A stretch of 57,296 bases of DNA from NCBI GenBank assembly GCA_045598895.1, contig JAZRUZ010000016.1:1-57296 (forward strand), in the 5' to 3' direction. Source of the stretch: Candidatus Onthoplasma sp. GTDB taxonomy: Bacteria > Bacillota > Clostridia > Christensenellales > UBA1242. Numbering within the stretch: position 1 is the first letter of the stretch; every line of letters starts with the position of its first letter. Under the pieces are notes generated by a model. That model worked only from the letters and a program-made list of their open reading frames with translations, did no database searches and was not told where the DNA came from. Made by a program: the position numbers and the translations under genes. Below, one piece after another: positions 16,961 to 25,335 of the stretch.

Positions 16961-16987
16961 ATTGCAGTTTATACTGCAATTTTTTTA
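16961..16987 (+). terminator. Rho-independent terminator of the tRNA gene
   Basis: ATTGCAGT-ttat-ACTGCAAT perfect 8-bp stem followed by TTTTTTT. Confidence 0.85.
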
Positions 16988-17101
16988 TAGAATATACAAA
17001 TTAATATTTTAAATAAAATGTAAATTTGCTACCAGTCATATAAGTAATAATATAAAAAATTTTTTATTTTTTATTATTGTAAAAAATTATAGTCTTATTA
17101 T

Positions 17102-17130
17102 AAAAAATCTCACATACAGTGAGACTTTTT
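17102..17130 (-). terminator. Terminator after proS (hairpin is U-flanked on both strands)
   Basis: TCTCAC-5 nt-GTGAGA, with an A-run on one side and a T-run on the other. Confidence 0.65.
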
Positions 17131-17179
17131 ACTTATTTAATACCTATTTAAAACTTAAAATTTGTGTCATTAATTAAAT

Positions 17180-18475
17180 CTATAAATTTTTACATGTATC
17201 AATGAATTTATCAAGAGAAACTACAATTTTTTCGCCTGTCTTATTGTTTTCAATTTCTAGTTCGCTATTATCTAATGTCCTTCCAAAAACTACCGTGTAA
17301 GGAGTACCTGTAATTCTTGAATCTTTAATTTTAGCACCGATTGACAAGTCACACCTATCGTCAAACAAACATGAAATTCCAGCCTTATCTAACTCATTAT
17401 AATATTTTTGTGCAAGTTTAAATTTATCTTTATCATCATCTTTAGGAACAATATAAATTAAGTATGGTGCAACACTCTTAGGCAATGCAATACCGTCAAA
17501 TTTACCGTCTTTAAATAAGATATTGTTCTCATAAATCATGGCAAGTGTTCTACTTACACCAATACCATAACATCCCATAACATAGTTAGTATTTTTGCCG
17601 TCTTTATCTACATAAACGCCGTTCATAGTGCTGGAATATTTTTCACCCAATTGGAAAATATGACCAAGTTCAACTGCTTTGCGTTTTTCTAGTTTGGCTG
17701 TATCTTCTATTCCATAAGTTTCTTTTAAATATGTTGCAGCGTCTAATCTTTCTAACAACTCTTCATTAATTGCTTTATTAGTTTTACTATCAAACAAAAT
17801 AGTATCTTCGCCAATTGGTGAAAGACACATAAATTCCTCTGATTTACTTCCTCCGATACTACCACTATCAGCACCAACAGGTTGCACATCTAAACCAAGT
17901 TGATTAAATATATCTATGTATGCATTTTTCATGTTGTCATATTCAGTATCAAGGTCTAATTTATCTTTACCGAAACTGTACGCATCCATCATATCAAAAG
18001 ATTTACCACGAAGTAAATAGCCTCTTGTTCTAATTTCATTTCTAAATTTTGGTCCAATTTGGAAGAAAGTAACTGGAAGTTGCTTGTATGTATTTAATCT
18101 AGATTTAGCATAAGCCACAACAGCCTCTTCAGCAGTAGGTGCTAAGCAATAATTACCATTTTTAGTAATACTTTGAAACATTACTCCTTCACTAACATAA
18201 TGATCTAATCTTCCTGATTCAATCCATATTTTTTCAGGTTGTAAGATTGGAAGAGACAACTCAGAACAACCATATTTTGTTAAAGTTGATGATATTATGT
18301 TGTCTAATTTTTTCTTTACTAAAAAAGGTATATGACCGAACGCATATATTCCACTAGTAAACTGCTCTAATTGTCCTGTTTGCAAAAGCATATCTTGCAC
18401 AGGGAATTGTTCATCTAAATTTGTTAATTTGCGTGATATAAGTCCAATTTTTGAAACTAACATATTATTTTTCAT
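17180..18475 (-). CDS. proS: Prolyl-tRNA synthetase, bacterial type, lacking the INS editing domain
   Basis: 431 aa. Motif 2 FRNEIRTRGYLLRGKSF. GADSGSIGGSKSEEFMCLSPIGEDTILFD aligns with the E. coli ProRS segment just before INS. Only about 25 aa separate it from VELGHIFQLGEKYS and motif 3 GCYGIGVSR. Confidence 0.88.
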   Translation of the reverse strand: MKNNMLVSKIGLISRKLTNLDEQFPVQDMLLQTGQLEQFTSGIYAFGHIPFLVKKKLDNIISSTLTKYGCSELSLPILQPEKIWIESGRLDHYVSEGVMFQSITKNGNYCLAPTAEEAVVAYAKSRLNTYKQLPVTFFQIGPKFRNEIRTRGYLLRGKSFDMMDAYSFGKDKLDLDTEYDNMKNAYIDIFNQLGLDVQPVGADSGSIGGSKSEEFMCLSPIGEDTILFDSKTNKAINEELLERLDAATYLKETYGIEDTAKLEKRKAVELGHIFQLGEKYSSTMNGVYVDKDGKNTNYVMGCYGIGVSRTLAMIYENNILFKDGKFDGIALPKSVAPYLIYIVPKDDDKDKFKLAQKYYNELDKAGISCLFDDRCDLSIGAKIKDSRITGTPYTVVFGRTLDNSELEIENNKTGEKIVVSLDKFIDTCKNL

Positions 18476-18656
18476 CCTTTTCGTTAAATTCTTTCTTAAT
18501 CATTATAATCTTTCCTTTCGCTTTTTCCAACTCTTTTAAGGTGGTTTTTGCTATCGAACAACCTTCTTCGTAAAGTTTTAGACTTTCATCCAAAGTTGTC
18601 CCTTTATCTAGAATAGCAGCGATCTCTTCTAATCTCTTAATATCTTTCTCTATCAT
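18465..18656 (-). CDS. xseB: Exodeoxyribonuclease VII small subunit
   Basis: 63 aa from MIEKDIKRLEEIAAILDKG..., downstream of and overlapping xseA. The ORF track starts 7 codons earlier. Confidence 0.85.
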   Translation of the reverse strand: MIEKDIKRLEEIAAILDKGTTLDESLKLYEEGCSIAKTTLKELEKAKGKIIMIKKEFNEKDEK

Positions 18657-19824
18657 ATTTCTCCTTTTTTGTAACAATTGCTTTTAATTTCAAGTCTTTA
18701 GTTTGAATTTTTATTTCATCATTAATTTCAATATTTTCATTATATACAATGTATTCGTCTTTTGTAACAATCGCATATCCACGATCCATTGTTTTAATGG
18801 GACTAGCATTAACAAGTGTATTTAATATCATCTCTACACCATATCTTGTGTTTTCAATTTTCTTTTCAACCGATTTATCTAAGTTGTTTACAATATTATT
18901 AATATATAAAATGTTATCATTAATAACAGAATTTACCGAATTATCAATTTCATTTAATTTAATAGTCAATTGATTATTTACTGCTTCAAAATTTTCGATT
19001 GTTAATTTCTCTATTAAATTTATTTCGTCTTTAATCTGTCTTGATAGTTCGATACAATCTAGACTTACGAGTTCTGCTGCAGCGCTTGGAGTTGGAGCAC
19101 GAAGATCAGATACAAAGTCTAGGATTGTAAAGTCTGTTTCATGACCTACTGCACTAATTAGAGGTTTATTGCAAATATAAGCCACACGAGCTAACTCTTC
19201 ATCATTAAAACAACTAAGATCTTCTATGCTTCCGCCACCACGCGCAACGATAATCAAGTCAACATCTGTATAATTATCAAAATATGTTATACCTTCAATT
19301 ACATCTTTGACAGCAAATTTGCCTTGAACTTGTGCGTCATATACATAAATATCTAAATTAGGATTTCGTCTCGTTGTAACGTTTCGTATATCTTGCAAAA
19401 CTGCACCTGTAGCACTAGTTACAACACCAATTGAATTAATGTATTTCGGTATAGGTATTTTGTGTAAATCATCAAACAAGCCTTCCTTTTCTAATTTGTC
19501 CTTTAGTTCTAAAAATTGTTTATATAATTCACCTTGACCAGAAAGTTTTATGTTAAGTGCATTAAAGGATAGTTTACCACCTTTTGGATAATACTTAATG
19601 TTTCCTCTACACTCTACTAAGTCACCTATTTTAAATTCTTCCGTATTTCCAAACTGTACGCAATTAAGAATGTTGTCATTATCTTTTAAAGTAAAATACG
19701 CAATACCACGCGTTACTGAAAAACTAGACAACTCACCACTGACCACAATGTCCTCTAACACAATTTCGTTGTCTATTAAATCTTTAATAATTTTGTTAAT
19801 TTGTGATACTGTAAATATTTTCAT
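18637..19824 (-). CDS. xseA: Exodeoxyribonuclease VII large subunit
   Basis: 395 aa. N-terminal OB fold (VSGELSSFS...GIAYFTLKD) and a catalytic core with ARGGGSIEDL. TAATG overlap with nusB. Confidence 0.92.
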   Translation of the reverse strand: MKIFTVSQINKIIKDLIDNEIVLEDIVVSGELSSFSVTRGIAYFTLKDNDNILNCVQFGNTEEFKIGDLVECRGNIKYYPKGGKLSFNALNIKLSGQGELYKQFLELKDKLEKEGLFDDLHKIPIPKYINSIGVVTSATGAVLQDIRNVTTRRNPNLDIYVYDAQVQGKFAVKDVIEGITYFDNYTDVDLIIVARGGGSIEDLSCFNDEELARVAYICNKPLISAVGHETDFTILDFVSDLRAPTPSAAAELVSLDCIELSRQIKDEINLIEKLTIENFEAVNNQLTIKLNEIDNSVNSVINDNILYINNIVNNLDKSVEKKIENTRYGVEMILNTLVNASPIKTMDRGYAIVTKDEYIVYNENIEINDEIKIQTKDLKLKAIVTKKEKYDRERY

Positions 19825-20195
19825 TATTTAATAATACATGCTAAAAATCCATTAATGAATTTTGGACTTTTATCTGTTGAGTATTTTTTAGCAAGTTCCA
19901 CTGCTTCATTAATCACAACTTGTTTAGGTGTTTCCGGCATATAATCCAATTCTATAATTGCCAAAGTGATTATAGCCAAGTCAATTTTATTCAATCTATC
20001 AATAGTGTAACCTTTAAGATTTGATGAAATTTTAGAATTAATATCTTCAAAATGTGCTGCGAAAAATTCTAAAATTTTTTTTGTAAAATCTAATTCTTCA
20101 AGATTAGCACCATCTAAATTTACATCATCATTAGAATTAAAAAATTTAGCATAAATGTATTTAAAGGCTAGTTCTCTTGCTTCCGTTCTCTTCAT
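19824..20195 (-). CDS. nusB: Transcription antitermination factor NusB
   Basis: 123 aa, MKRTEARELAFKYIY... Conserved asp23-nusB-xseA order. AGGAG Shine-Dalgarno. Confidence 0.9.
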   Translation of the reverse strand: MKRTEARELAFKYIYAKFFNSNDDVNLDGANLEELDFTKKILEFFAAHFEDINSKISSNLKGYTIDRLNKIDLAIITLAIIELDYMPETPKQVVINEAVELAKKYSTDKSPKFINGFLACIIK

Positions 20196-20213
20196 ATTTC
20201 TCCTTTTAAATGC

Positions 20214-20235
20214 AAAAAATCTCTCACAAGAGAGA
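20214..20235 (-). terminator. Hairpin plus T-run between the asp23-like gene and nusB (terminator or attenuator)
   Basis: Minus strand TCTCTC-ttgt-GAGAGA followed by TTTTTT, immediately before the nusB Shine-Dalgarno. Confidence 0.55.
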
Positions 20236-20242
20236 AATTTTA

Positions 20243-20590
20243 CTAATTTTGGGCATCTTTAACGTGCACATTAATTGCTTTAATTTTCATTGGCAAAAGT
20301 GTTGCAATACTGTTCTTAATGTTTTGTTGAACTTTGTAAACCAATTCATTAACTTCTACGTTAGTATTTACAACAATAAACACGTCTATTATAATACCTG
20401 TTTTGCTGTATTTTACGCGCACTCCTTTTGATGTATTTTTATCGAACAAAAGAGCAAAAATAAGTTTTCTAGATTGATACAAATCAACAACCCCTTCAAT
20501 TTCTTTAGTCGCTAGGCTAATTATTGAAAGTAACATATTCTTATTGATTAAAGTATCTTCTTCCCTATCTATATTTTTTAATTGCGCCAT
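20243..20590 (-). CDS. Asp23/Gls24 family envelope stress protein (YqhY-like)
   Basis: 115 aa, at the same position as B. subtilis yqhY upstream of nusB. Family-like segment IISLATKEIEGVV. Confidence 0.75.
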   Translation of the reverse strand: MAQLKNIDREEDTLINKNMLLSIISLATKEIEGVVDLYQSRKLIFALLFDKNTSKGVRVKYSKTGIIIDVFIVVNTNVEVNELVYKVQQNIKNSIATLLPMKIKAINVHVKDAQN

Positions 20591-20606
20591 ATTTCCCTCT
20601 AATTTT

Positions 20607-20635
20607 ATTATAACACAGAGAAATCAATTTTGCAA
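20607..20635 (-). promoter_or_regulatory. Extended -10 sigma-A promoter of the asp23-nusB-xseAB-proS unit
   Basis: Minus strand TTGCAA (20635..20630), 17 nt ending in TGT, then TATAAT (20612..20607). Confidence 0.65.
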
Positions 20636-20649
20636 TTAATTTTTACAAT

Positions 20650-21138
20650 TTATTCCGAAGGAATAATAATAACTTTATCTATTTCGACACCTAATTGTTC
20701 AGTAACCACTGCAGTAATTTGAGCAACTTCGCTACCGGTTAAATCTGCCGACTTGATGAAAACGTTTACGTTACTGCTTGAACTTGTAACAATAGCATCA
20801 TCAAAGCCTTTTCCTCTAATGATACCTTCTGTCACCAATTCTTTTTCCATTTGTTCGATTAAGTTTAATTTATTAGTTTGCGCCTCTTCTTTAGCGCTAT
20901 CACTAGAAGTTGCACTTGCTATAATTGCGTCATAAAACTGAATTTCTTGAGTTCTTGTTGCCTCACGTTCCGTTCTGTATGTAGTGTAGAAATTAGCATT
21001 AGTGGTTGACGAACTAACCTCAGTTGTCCCTGATGATAAAGAACTATTTAGGGCGATATTTACATAACCCGTAACCAACAACAAGGCTACCATCACCGAC
21101 AAAATTACTATTTTTTTCTTCTTTGATAAATTTTTCAT
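20650..21138 (-). CDS. spoIIIAH: Stage III sporulation protein AH
   Basis: 162 aa. N-terminal membrane anchor, FYTTYRTEREATR segment, last gene of the spoIIIA operon. AGGAGG Shine-Dalgarno. Confidence 0.8.
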   Translation of the reverse strand: MKNLSKKKKIVILSVMVALLLVTGYVNIALNSSLSSGTTEVSSSTTNANFYTTYRTEREATRTQEIQFYDAIIASATSSDSAKEEAQTNKLNLIEQMEKELVTEGIIRGKGFDDAIVTSSSSNVNVFIKSADLTGSEVAQITAVVTEQLGVEIDKVIIIPSE

Positions 21139-21146
21139 ATTCCCTC

Positions 21147-21596
21147 CTAATCACTTGATAAAATTTGAATCTTTCCTTTTGTAATATCTAATAAAGTTTC
21201 TGCTACCTGTAAGACTTTCAATTTAGTTGCAGTGTTGTTTAACCCTTTCCCTGTAATAACTACACCTTTAATGTCTGGAAAATCATTTATTTTAATTTGC
21301 GAATTTTCAACTTGCAACTCTTTTAAATCAAGACTAATCATAACCTTTATGTCGTTTACACCATTTATACTAACAAGCATATCAGTCAATTCTTTTTCTA
21401 ACTTGTCTATGTAAGTTACAACTGATAATTCATTATTATTTTCAGTATGAGTTGTTTTTTTAGAACTACTGAAATTTCCAAAATAAATCAAAAGTATAAT
21501 GATTATAAATATTAGAGTTAAGTAAATTTCTATATGCTTAATGTTTTTTAACTTGTCCAGCCATTTAAAACTAAATTTTTTTTCTTTCTCACTCAA
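21147..21596 (-). CDS. spoIIIAG: Stage III sporulation protein AG (compact, 149 aa)
   Basis: Assigned by operon position. One TM segment followed by a single ring-building-motif-like alpha-beta-beta-alpha-beta region (DIKVMISL ... IKGVVITGKG ... KIQIL). TTG start. Confidence 0.75.
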   Translation of the reverse strand: MSEKEKKFSFKWLDKLKNIKHIEIYLTLIFIIIILLIYFGNFSSSKKTTHTENNNELSVVTYIDKLEKELTDMLVSINGVNDIKVMISLDLKELQVENSQIKINDFPDIKGVVITGKGLNNTATKLKVLQVAETLLDITKGKIQILSSD

Positions 21597-22062
21597 TCCA
21601 TACCAACTCCTTCTCCGTTAAGCCCGTCTTTTCAAGTACAACCGACTTTATTTTTTCATAATTATTAATATGCTGCTTGTCCGTTAAACTTGTCATGTTT
21701 TTTAAATTAATTGTTGAGGAAATTATAACCATTTTATCGTTTTCAATAGAATAATCTATATATATGTCAAAATTTGTAATGCCATCATTTTCTAGTTCTG
21801 TTTTGATTTCATTTTTTATACTATCTATCTTTTTATTCGCAATGTAGGTTGACAATGTTAAATCCAAATTAACTGACGAATAATTGAAATTAAACTCTTT
21901 CCCTTTGTTTAAAATTGTTACAATCGGCGACAAAATTACAGCGATAACGAATATCGAAAACACACTTTTAATATACTTATTAATTTCTCCAGATGGAACG
22001 ACAATTTCAATCAAAATCCCTGCTAAAACTATTCCTAAAATACCTAAAATATATGTTTTCAT
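21589..22062 (-). CDS. spoIIIAF: Stage III sporulation protein AF
   Basis: 157 aa with two N-terminal TM segments. Assigned by operon position. ATGA overlap with spoIIIAE. Confidence 0.75.
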   Translation of the reverse strand: MKTYILGILGIVLAGILIEIVVPSGEINKYIKSVFSIFVIAVILSPIVTILNKGKEFNFNYSSVNLDLTLSTYIANKKIDSIKNEIKTELENDGITNFDIYIDYSIENDKMVIISSTINLKNMTSLTDKQHINNYEKIKSVVLEKTGLTEKELVWIE

Positions 22063-23276
22063 ACTATCACCATTGACGAAGTCATAATTAACCCTACAGA
22101 AATAACGTACATAAAACTTATAGCGATTAAACTCGTAGACAAAATTGTAATAGTCGATGCACTTGATGACAAAAAGTTTGATATATTTTTACTGCCCAAT
22201 GGCTCCAAAGTCGCTGACGCCAATTTAAACAATAAACTAACAATTACAATTTCGAGTATCGGAGACAACACAACCGAAACAACAAGCAATATTCCAACTA
22301 ACCCTAAAGTATTTTTAATTAGTAAACTGCTTGATAAAATTAAATCCATGCCATCACTAATATAACCACCCATTATTGGTACATAACTTTTTATAGTATA
22401 TTTTGTTGTTCTAATTCCAATTCCATCGAAACTTCCTGCAGTTATTCCTTGTATTGTCATTATTGCAAAAAACAAAGTGAAAATAATACCAACTGACCAT
22501 TTAAAAAGACTATTTAAAAATGATGAAAATTTATTAAATTTGACGGTATCGCTAAGATTACTAATAATATTAAAAGCAAAACTCAATAAAAACAAAGGCA
22601 AAATAAAATAATTAAAAGCATCAGCAACAAACGTCGTAAGAATTGACACTATCGGCTGAAAAACACCTGCTGTCGCAGTGTTACCCAACCCAATTATAAG
22701 TGTCAAAAGTATCGGAAAAATCACGTTCATTTGCTTGACCATATTTGTTATAGATAGTGAAGTTTTATTAGATAAATTAGCGATAATTCCTATTAAAATT
22801 GACGCCACAGACAAAAAGCATAATACATTTATTAAATTATGTGTGGACTTGTCGCCAAACTTACTCTTAATCGAGTCCAGTAAATTTCCAATTACTCCTA
22901 TCGCTACCAACACCGACAACGCAGGAAGGTAACTTAATGCAATATCAATAATATTTGAAAAAAGATACGCAAAAAAATTCTCGAAATTTATACTATCTTC
23001 TCCAGACAATATCGAATATATTTTTGTCTTAATATTATCAATGCTAAAATAGTTCGAATTCTCTTTATCAATCGAATAAATTAAGTCATTTAAATCATTA
23101 AAATTTATATTATCAAGTTCTTCAACAATTGAATCATTTAAGTCCTCTATCAAATTTTTGTCGACATTATACGAGAACGCTTGAAGTGGCAAAACTGACA
23201 CATAAACTATTAAAAGAATAATTAAAAAGTAAATAAATTTATTTTGCTTTTTACGACGAAAACAATTTTTTATCAT
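22059..23276 (-). CDS. spoIIIAE: Stage III sporulation protein AE
   Basis: 405 aa polytopic membrane protein with an N-terminal signal-like segment. Assigned by operon position and size. Confidence 0.85.
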   Translation of the reverse strand: MIKNCFRRKKQNKFIYFLIILLIVYVSVLPLQAFSYNVDKNLIEDLNDSIVEELDNINFNDLNDLIYSIDKENSNYFSIDNIKTKIYSILSGEDSINFENFFAYLFSNIIDIALSYLPALSVLVAIGVIGNLLDSIKSKFGDKSTHNLINVLCFLSVASILIGIIANLSNKTSLSITNMVKQMNVIFPILLTLIIGLGNTATAGVFQPIVSILTTFVADAFNYFILPLFLLSFAFNIISNLSDTVKFNKFSSFLNSLFKWSVGIIFTLFFAIMTIQGITAGSFDGIGIRTTKYTIKSYVPIMGGYISDGMDLILSSSLLIKNTLGLVGILLVVSVVLSPILEIVIVSLLFKLASATLEPLGSKNISNFLSSSASTITILSTSLIAISFMYVISVGLIMTSSMVIV

Positions 23277-23659
23277 AATAGCCCCATCACTAAATCAATT
23301 ACATTGGTTATAATCGGTAACGACAAAACTAAAATAATTATTTTTGCTGAAAATAAAACCTTATCTGCGATACTAGAAAGACCTGCATCAATACATAAAT
23401 TAGCGCTAAATTCTGCTAAATATCCAATGCCAATAATCTTTAGCAAAGGAATTAAAAGTGAATTATTAACTCCTGTTTTTGTGAAAATATTTTTAAAACT
23501 TACTATCACTGAACTTACTGAATTTAAAGTTAATGTTATAATTAAAATTCCGGCAACTAGAACTATAAGCAATGAAAATTCAGTTTTAGTTTGCTTAGTT
23601 AAAATAAAAGCGAAAATTGTAATTAGAGCCAAGGCAATTATCTTTAAAAAAATAGCCAT
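23273..23659 (-). CDS. spoIIIAD: Stage III sporulation protein AD
   Basis: 128 aa, four TM segments, operon position. Confidence 0.8.
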   Translation of the reverse strand: MAIFLKIIALALITIFAFILTKQTKTEFSLLIVLVAGILIITLTLNSVSSVIVSFKNIFTKTGVNNSLLIPLLKIIGIGYLAEFSANLCIDAGLSSIADKVLFSAKIIILVLSLPIITNVIDLVMGLL

Positions 23660-23666
23660 ATTTTAC

Positions 23667-23855
23667 CTAAAAAATGAATAAATTTTTGACCGTATCAAAC
23701 AACTGTTGCACTAGATCTACGACCATAAGTAAACTAATTATTAAACTAGCAAGAGTGGTTATTGATGCTATTTCATCCTTGCCACAATTTTTTAAAATTT
23801 GATTAACAATAGCAGTAACTAGTCCTATTCCTGCAAGTTTAAATATAATTTCCAT
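23667..23855 (-). CDS. spoIIIAC: Stage III sporulation protein AC
   Basis: 62 aa, two TM segments, AGGAGG Shine-Dalgarno, operon position. Confidence 0.8.
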   Translation of the reverse strand: MEIIFKLAGIGLVTAIVNQILKNCGKDEIASITTLASLIISLLMVVDLVQQLFDTVKNLFIF

Positions 23856-23867
23856 ATTACCTCCTAC

Positions 23868-24341
23868 TTAAATAAGAATAATCACAATGCCAAGCGCTAA
23901 AAACAAAGCAAGTTTAACAATTAACGGACACAATTTGTCTTTTTCTTTTTCTGCCGTTTCTCTATTTTTACTAATTGTTTTAATGAAAGACTCTATTTGT
24001 TTTTCTTCATTTATTTGGTCGTATTTTCCAAGATTTTTTAGCATGTATTCTAATTCCATCTTTTCATCGTCATTTAATAAATTTAAGTTAGAAAAACTTA
24101 TTTCATTAGTAGTTAAAAATTTTTTATAGTCACTAATAAAACAATCAAAATGTTTGTTCCCTTTTGCTTTTGAAATCATATCGTCTAATTTATCCTGTTT
24201 AAATCCTACGTTCATTTTTAACATATCAAGAAACGTGTATAGATCATCAAAAAATATAAATTTATCTCGGTACTGGTTACTAATCTTTATAGCCACTAAA
24301 ACTATTAAAACTATTAAAGTAATTATTAAAACATATTTCAT
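23868..24341 (-). CDS. spoIIIAB: Stage III sporulation protein AB
   Basis: 157 aa, TM segments at both ends, operon position. Confidence 0.8.
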   Translation of the reverse strand: MKYVLIITLIVLIVLVAIKISNQYRDKFIFFDDLYTFLDMLKMNVGFKQDKLDDMISKAKGNKHFDCFISDYKKFLTTNEISFSNLNLLNDDEKMELEYMLKNLGKYDQINEEKQIESFIKTISKNRETAEKEKDKLCPLIVKLALFLALGIVIILI

Positions 24342-24342
24342 A

Positions 24343-25245
24343 CTACCTACAATAGATACATTTTAGATTTTCGTCATAAATGTTACTAACTGTACCCAAC
24401 CCTAAACTATCAGTAAGCACAATATATTTAGTAAAATATTTGTGTTCCAGAATATCATCAAAACCTTTCTTTTTCTTTAAGTCTAGTATATCGTTCGCGT
24501 GAATTGTGGCGACTACTTTTACTCCACTATTTATAGCGTTTTTTATCCCATCAATATCTCTTTCAATATCAATTTCATCAGTTACAACCACGTCTGGACT
24601 CATACTGCGTATGCCATTTTTCAGCGCAAATGATTTACTACAATTAGTGTATATATCAGCAAAACAGCCTATATCTAGTGATGGAACGCCATTTAAAGTA
24701 GCAGTTATTTCATTTCTTTCATCAATAACTAAAACGTTTTGTGAGATATTATGCGAATATAACTGATATATAAAATCACGAATAAATGTTGTCTTTCCCA
24801 CTCCAACTTTCGAGATAACCAATATGTTATCTTTAAGTTGATCATCGACTAGCATCTCATAAGTATTAAGACTACAATTTTTAACATTATGTGGTATACG
24901 AATATTCACAGACTGAAAGTCTTTAATAGTTGTAACTTTCTCATTGTCACCAACAACAAAACCGGCAAGTCCTACTCGAACTCCATTAGGTAGAGTTATA
25001 AACCCATTAATAATGTTATCATTGTAAGCGTAAATTGAATTTTCACTTGCTTTACGAACAAAATTATCAATGATTTCTTTTGTTGCTACTAGATAATCAT
25101 TGTTATCTTTTAAGAAATATTTCTTTTTACCAACTGACACTATAATTTTTTGATTTACTCTTAATCTAATTTCATTAATGTCATTAAAATTAAACGATTT
25201 ACAAATCGCTTCATAGATTTTAGAGTCAATATAATTTTTTAACAT
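24343..25245 (-). CDS. spoIIIAA: Stage III sporulation protein AA (secretion-type ATPase)
   Basis: 300 aa. Walker A SKVGVGKTT and Walker B-like VVVTDEID. First gene of the eight-gene operon. Confidence 0.88.
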   Translation of the reverse strand: MLKNYIDSKIYEAICKSFNFNDINEIRLRVNQKIIVSVGKKKYFLKDNNDYLVATKEIIDNFVRKASENSIYAYNDNIINGFITLPNGVRVGLAGFVVGDNEKVTTIKDFQSVNIRIPHNVKNCSLNTYEMLVDDQLKDNILVISKVGVGKTTFIRDFIYQLYSHNISQNVLVIDERNEITATLNGVPSLDIGCFADIYTNCSKSFALKNGIRSMSPDVVVTDEIDIERDIDGIKNAINSGVKVVATIHANDILDLKKKKGFDDILEHKYFTKYIVLTDSLGLGTVSNIYDENLKCIYCR

Positions 25246-25280
25246 ACCTAAAATACTTCGATATGCAAAAAAAAATGAAT

Positions 25281-25309
25281 AAAAAAAAGCGATACAACAA
25301 TAGTATCTC
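25281..25309 (-). terminator. Terminator after efp
   Basis: Minus strand GAGATAC-7 nt-GTATCGC (one mismatch) followed by TTTTTTTT. Confidence 0.55.
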
Positions 25310-25335
25310 TTTTTTGCTAAATTTAGACTTAAATT

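Noticed and set aside
16650-17179. A large AT-rich intergenic island around the tRNA, considered as a possible CRISPR leader/array, prophage att site, integration scar or replication origin.
   Set aside because: I could find no direct repeats or spacer periodicity, no integrase or other mobile-element gene nearby, no duplicated tRNA 3' end, and no DnaA-box cluster. A promoter, a tRNA and two terminators account for the recognisable structure.
20236-20249. A 12/14 match to the shared 14-mer (ATTTTACTAATTTT) at the asp23 stop codon, plus partial TTACTAAT/TTAGTAAT hits at about 24275 and about 51357.
   Set aside because: The matches are imperfect, lie in coding or terminator sequence rather than in promoters, and are expected by chance in this base composition.
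25246-25290. A candidate sporulation-sigma promoter upstream of spoIIIAA (GCATATCGA about 14 nt before the ATG).
   Set aside because: Only the CATA core resembles the SigE/SigK -10, and I could not find a matching -35 at the right spacing. That is not enough to call it.
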